From Chiloscyllium plagiosum (taxonomy: Eukaryota), in the NCBI RefSeq assembly GCF_004010195.1, contig NC_057718.1, positions 80,665,187-80,729,186 on the forward strand: a DNA stretch of 64,000 bases. Direction: 5' to 3'. Below the pieces are notes generated by a model. It saw nothing but the letters and a program-made list of their open reading frames with translations. It was not told the origin of the DNA and did no database searches. The translations under genes were made by a program, and so were the position numbers. The first letter of the stretch is position 1, and each line of letters starts with the position of its first letter. Below, piece after piece: positions 61,393 through 64,000 of the stretch.

Positions 61393-63671
61393 ACTGACTA
61401 TAGATACCTCCCGAAGTGACTTCACAGGACAATCCTGCCTAAGCACAGTCACTCCCTCGATTGATGTGTCCATCGTACCCCACTGCCCTAACTGAAGAGT
61501 AGGTCTTGCCTCAGCTATTCTGCAAGAATCCCTGGACTCTGGTAGAAATAGGTGCTTGACTGACTGTGGACTACCCTTTGGACTGAAATTGGAGAGACCA
61601 TTGACTGAGTGTGATTGTATCTTCCAACAGACCATAGACCTCCTTGACCCCATGAAGGACTGCTCTTCTTTGATTTTCAAAAATGTCAATTTTCTTGAAG
61701 TATGTGTAGTGTCAGCTGTTGGCACATGCAGCAGGTGTGATGCTGATGTAGCCCAGTGCCACCCAGGTGACAGTCTATCACACTGATTGTTCAGTGTTCT
61801 CCAACTTGACAAGCTGTTTGTCTCTCCCTCTGTGCTGAAAACAAATGAAAGCTACAAAAACTGGCAGCTTCTAACTCAGCACTGAAGAGCCTTTGCATTA
61901 AAAAGGAATGCAAACTACAAAGGATGACAATTTACAAGTAAGCACAAAGTGAGTGAGTCCTAAGAAAATAAACAAAGCCATAAAATGCATCTGGTGTAAA
62001 GACACCTAGCAGAAGCATGTCAAATCAGAGATGTCACTGAGCTCAAAAGTCAGTGTTGAAGGACTAATGTGGTATGAGAGTTGATCTGAGAGAAGCCTTA
62101 ATGTTGTGATGAGGTTGATGATTTGCCACTGCCGACTTGAGTAGATGAAATGTTGAAGAGGATGGTGGGATGAAGCATACAAGGAAGTTATGCTGCGTAC
62201 AAAATTGAATGATGGTTCGTACAAGCATGTGAAGAGTTGCAGCTGACAGTTAACTGCTCTGATCTTCTTGTCTGGAATGTACGCCATCTAGTTTATCAGG
62301 GAAAGAGAGAAGAATTGGAAATAGAATAAAAATAAGGTGAGCTGGTTTAATTATGAGATGAAAATGCATAGAAATAAGATAGTTGATGCTCAATAGATTC
62401 TGAACTTGTCATTTAAATCTTAAGGGTAAAACTGCAAAACATTTTCTCAATGTTGAGATTCTGATTTTTTAATCCTCGCTATATTTTCTAAAGTATCTTG
62501 ACATTGCCCATGTCATATCAGGGAGGACAAAATTCCTCAATTCATTCTACATTGGAGCATAAAACCTTTCTGATTTTTTTCCTATTAGGTCTTTCTTTGC
62601 AGATGTGCTGAATCTGTATAGGGAACACAACCAAATGATTTGTTTGCTTCAATTTTGACATGAGCTGAGTGCAATCTGACCAAATGTTTTTGAAACTGAC
62701 TGATACTGTCACCTCTGCATTTTACCAATATAAAATAGAAGTAGATTGCAGCAGTTTTTTTTCATATGGAAGAAGCAAAAAGCTATAGACGCAGTCACAA
62801 CTTCTTACATCTTAAATTAGTTTGCAAATGCTCCATTGAGCTCTCTTATGTCCTGACTTCAAAGAAATCACATGGTATTTGAAAACATGATGAAGTTAAA
62901 TGTTTACAGTTATGAGGAAACAATACAAACCATGAAATGAAAGTCAAACTATAGTATGTCTATATAACACTCAGATTATTACAATCTTTTGGAAATTTGG
63001 CAACTTTTATTTCATTTTCATCAGATTTAGAGGCTGCAATTTTGATTTCAGGAAAGGACTCATTATACTTCAGCCTATGTTCTCAGCAGAGCTATCATCC
63101 ATTTTTGAGTATTTTCTATTTGGATTTTTCAGCCCCAGTTATTTTAAATCACTTCCAATTCACATTGGCTTCACAAGCTTCAGTATACAGGTATGCTTAC
63201 AGAACTGTGCTCAGAATAATGAACAAAATAACCCTTCTGTTCATTACTGTAACTTGTTGAGTTATGTATGTCATGCCACCAGAGAATTCCTCTCCAGTTT
63301 TTGAAAGACCATGCATCATCACAACATCAGACTTTGGCTTTTTAACTGTCAAGCTAATTTATTTAATAATAAACAAATGGTTAAATAATGGCAATGCAGC
63401 ACATTTATGTTTAAGGTGAAAACTAGCTGATAATTAGATTCTAAATTTTTCTGTACTGCTCCTCTGGAAGTTCATTCTGTTCATTGATCATTCTTTGTGT
63501 AAAGAATTCCCTGACATGCTTTTATGAATCAGAATCTATATTTCCTTGTCCTTCTCTCACTTTTTCATTGATAGCAGTACTCCAAGTTTATATTTTTCAT
63601 TCCCATAACTATTTATATAACTCTAAGATTTCTCTTTTTCAGTCTGGAAAAGACCACTTAGAGTAATGGAT

Positions 63672-63812
63672 TCATAGAGTTGTACAGCACAGAAATAGAC
63701 CCTTCGGTCCAACTCATCTTTGCCAACCAGATATCTAAATTAATCTTGTCCCATTTGCCAGCATTTCGCCCATATGCATCTAAACCATTCCTATTCACGA
63801 ATCTATCCAGAT
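63672..63812 (-). mobile_element. CR1 3' terminal segment
   Basis: TCATAGAGTTGTACAGCACAGAAATAGACCCTTCGGTCCAAC...CCATTCCTATTCA is the inverse of the 40680-40820-type end. Confidence 0.88.
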
Positions 63813-64000
63813 GAGACCTTGGAGTGCAGGTTCATAGCTCCTTGAAAGTGGAATCGCAGGTAAATAAGATAGTGAAGAAGGCATTTGGTATGCTTTCCTT
63901 TATTGGTCAGAGTATTGAGTACAGGAGTTGGGAGGTCATGTTGCAGCTGTACAGGACATTGGTTAGGCCACTGTTGGAATATTGTATGCAATTCTGGTCT
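63813..64000 (+). mobile_element. CR1 RT C-terminal segment, inverted relative to the adjacent 3' end; runs off the window
   Basis: Closely matches 40110-40300 (DLGVQVHSSLKVESQV...LYRTLVRPLLEYC). Confidence 0.9.

Noticed and set aside
61294..62287. 172-aa and 93-aa minus-strand ORFs
   Set aside because: No recognisable motifs, and the longer one runs antisense into a CR1 tail.

Overview
This is repeat-saturated, apparently intergenic or intronic vertebrate DNA. HE1-type V-SINEs, DeuSINE pieces and abundant CR1, Rex1/Babar, Tx1 and Penelope-like elements point to a cartilaginous fish, probably a shark (inferred from repeat content only). I found no recognisable host protein-coding exon; nearly all interpretable ORFs are decayed transposon fragments. 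The main signal is a set of short (65-860 bp) Penelope-derived, non-coding insertions. Most carry a minimal hammerhead-ribozyme core (CUGANGA - stem II - GAAA - palindromic stem III - cleavage triplet). They occur as monomers or fold-back hairpins, and several have clear 7-16 bp target-site duplications (TSDs). Coding Penelope remnants that could be related to their mobilisers lie in the same window. There are also two local inverted templated duplications (594 bp and 217 bp, the first fused to the 3' end of a hammerhead element), non-coding elements with Rex1-type ends, and several nested insertions. All family assignments are from motif recognition by eye, and the boundaries of old elements are approximate.
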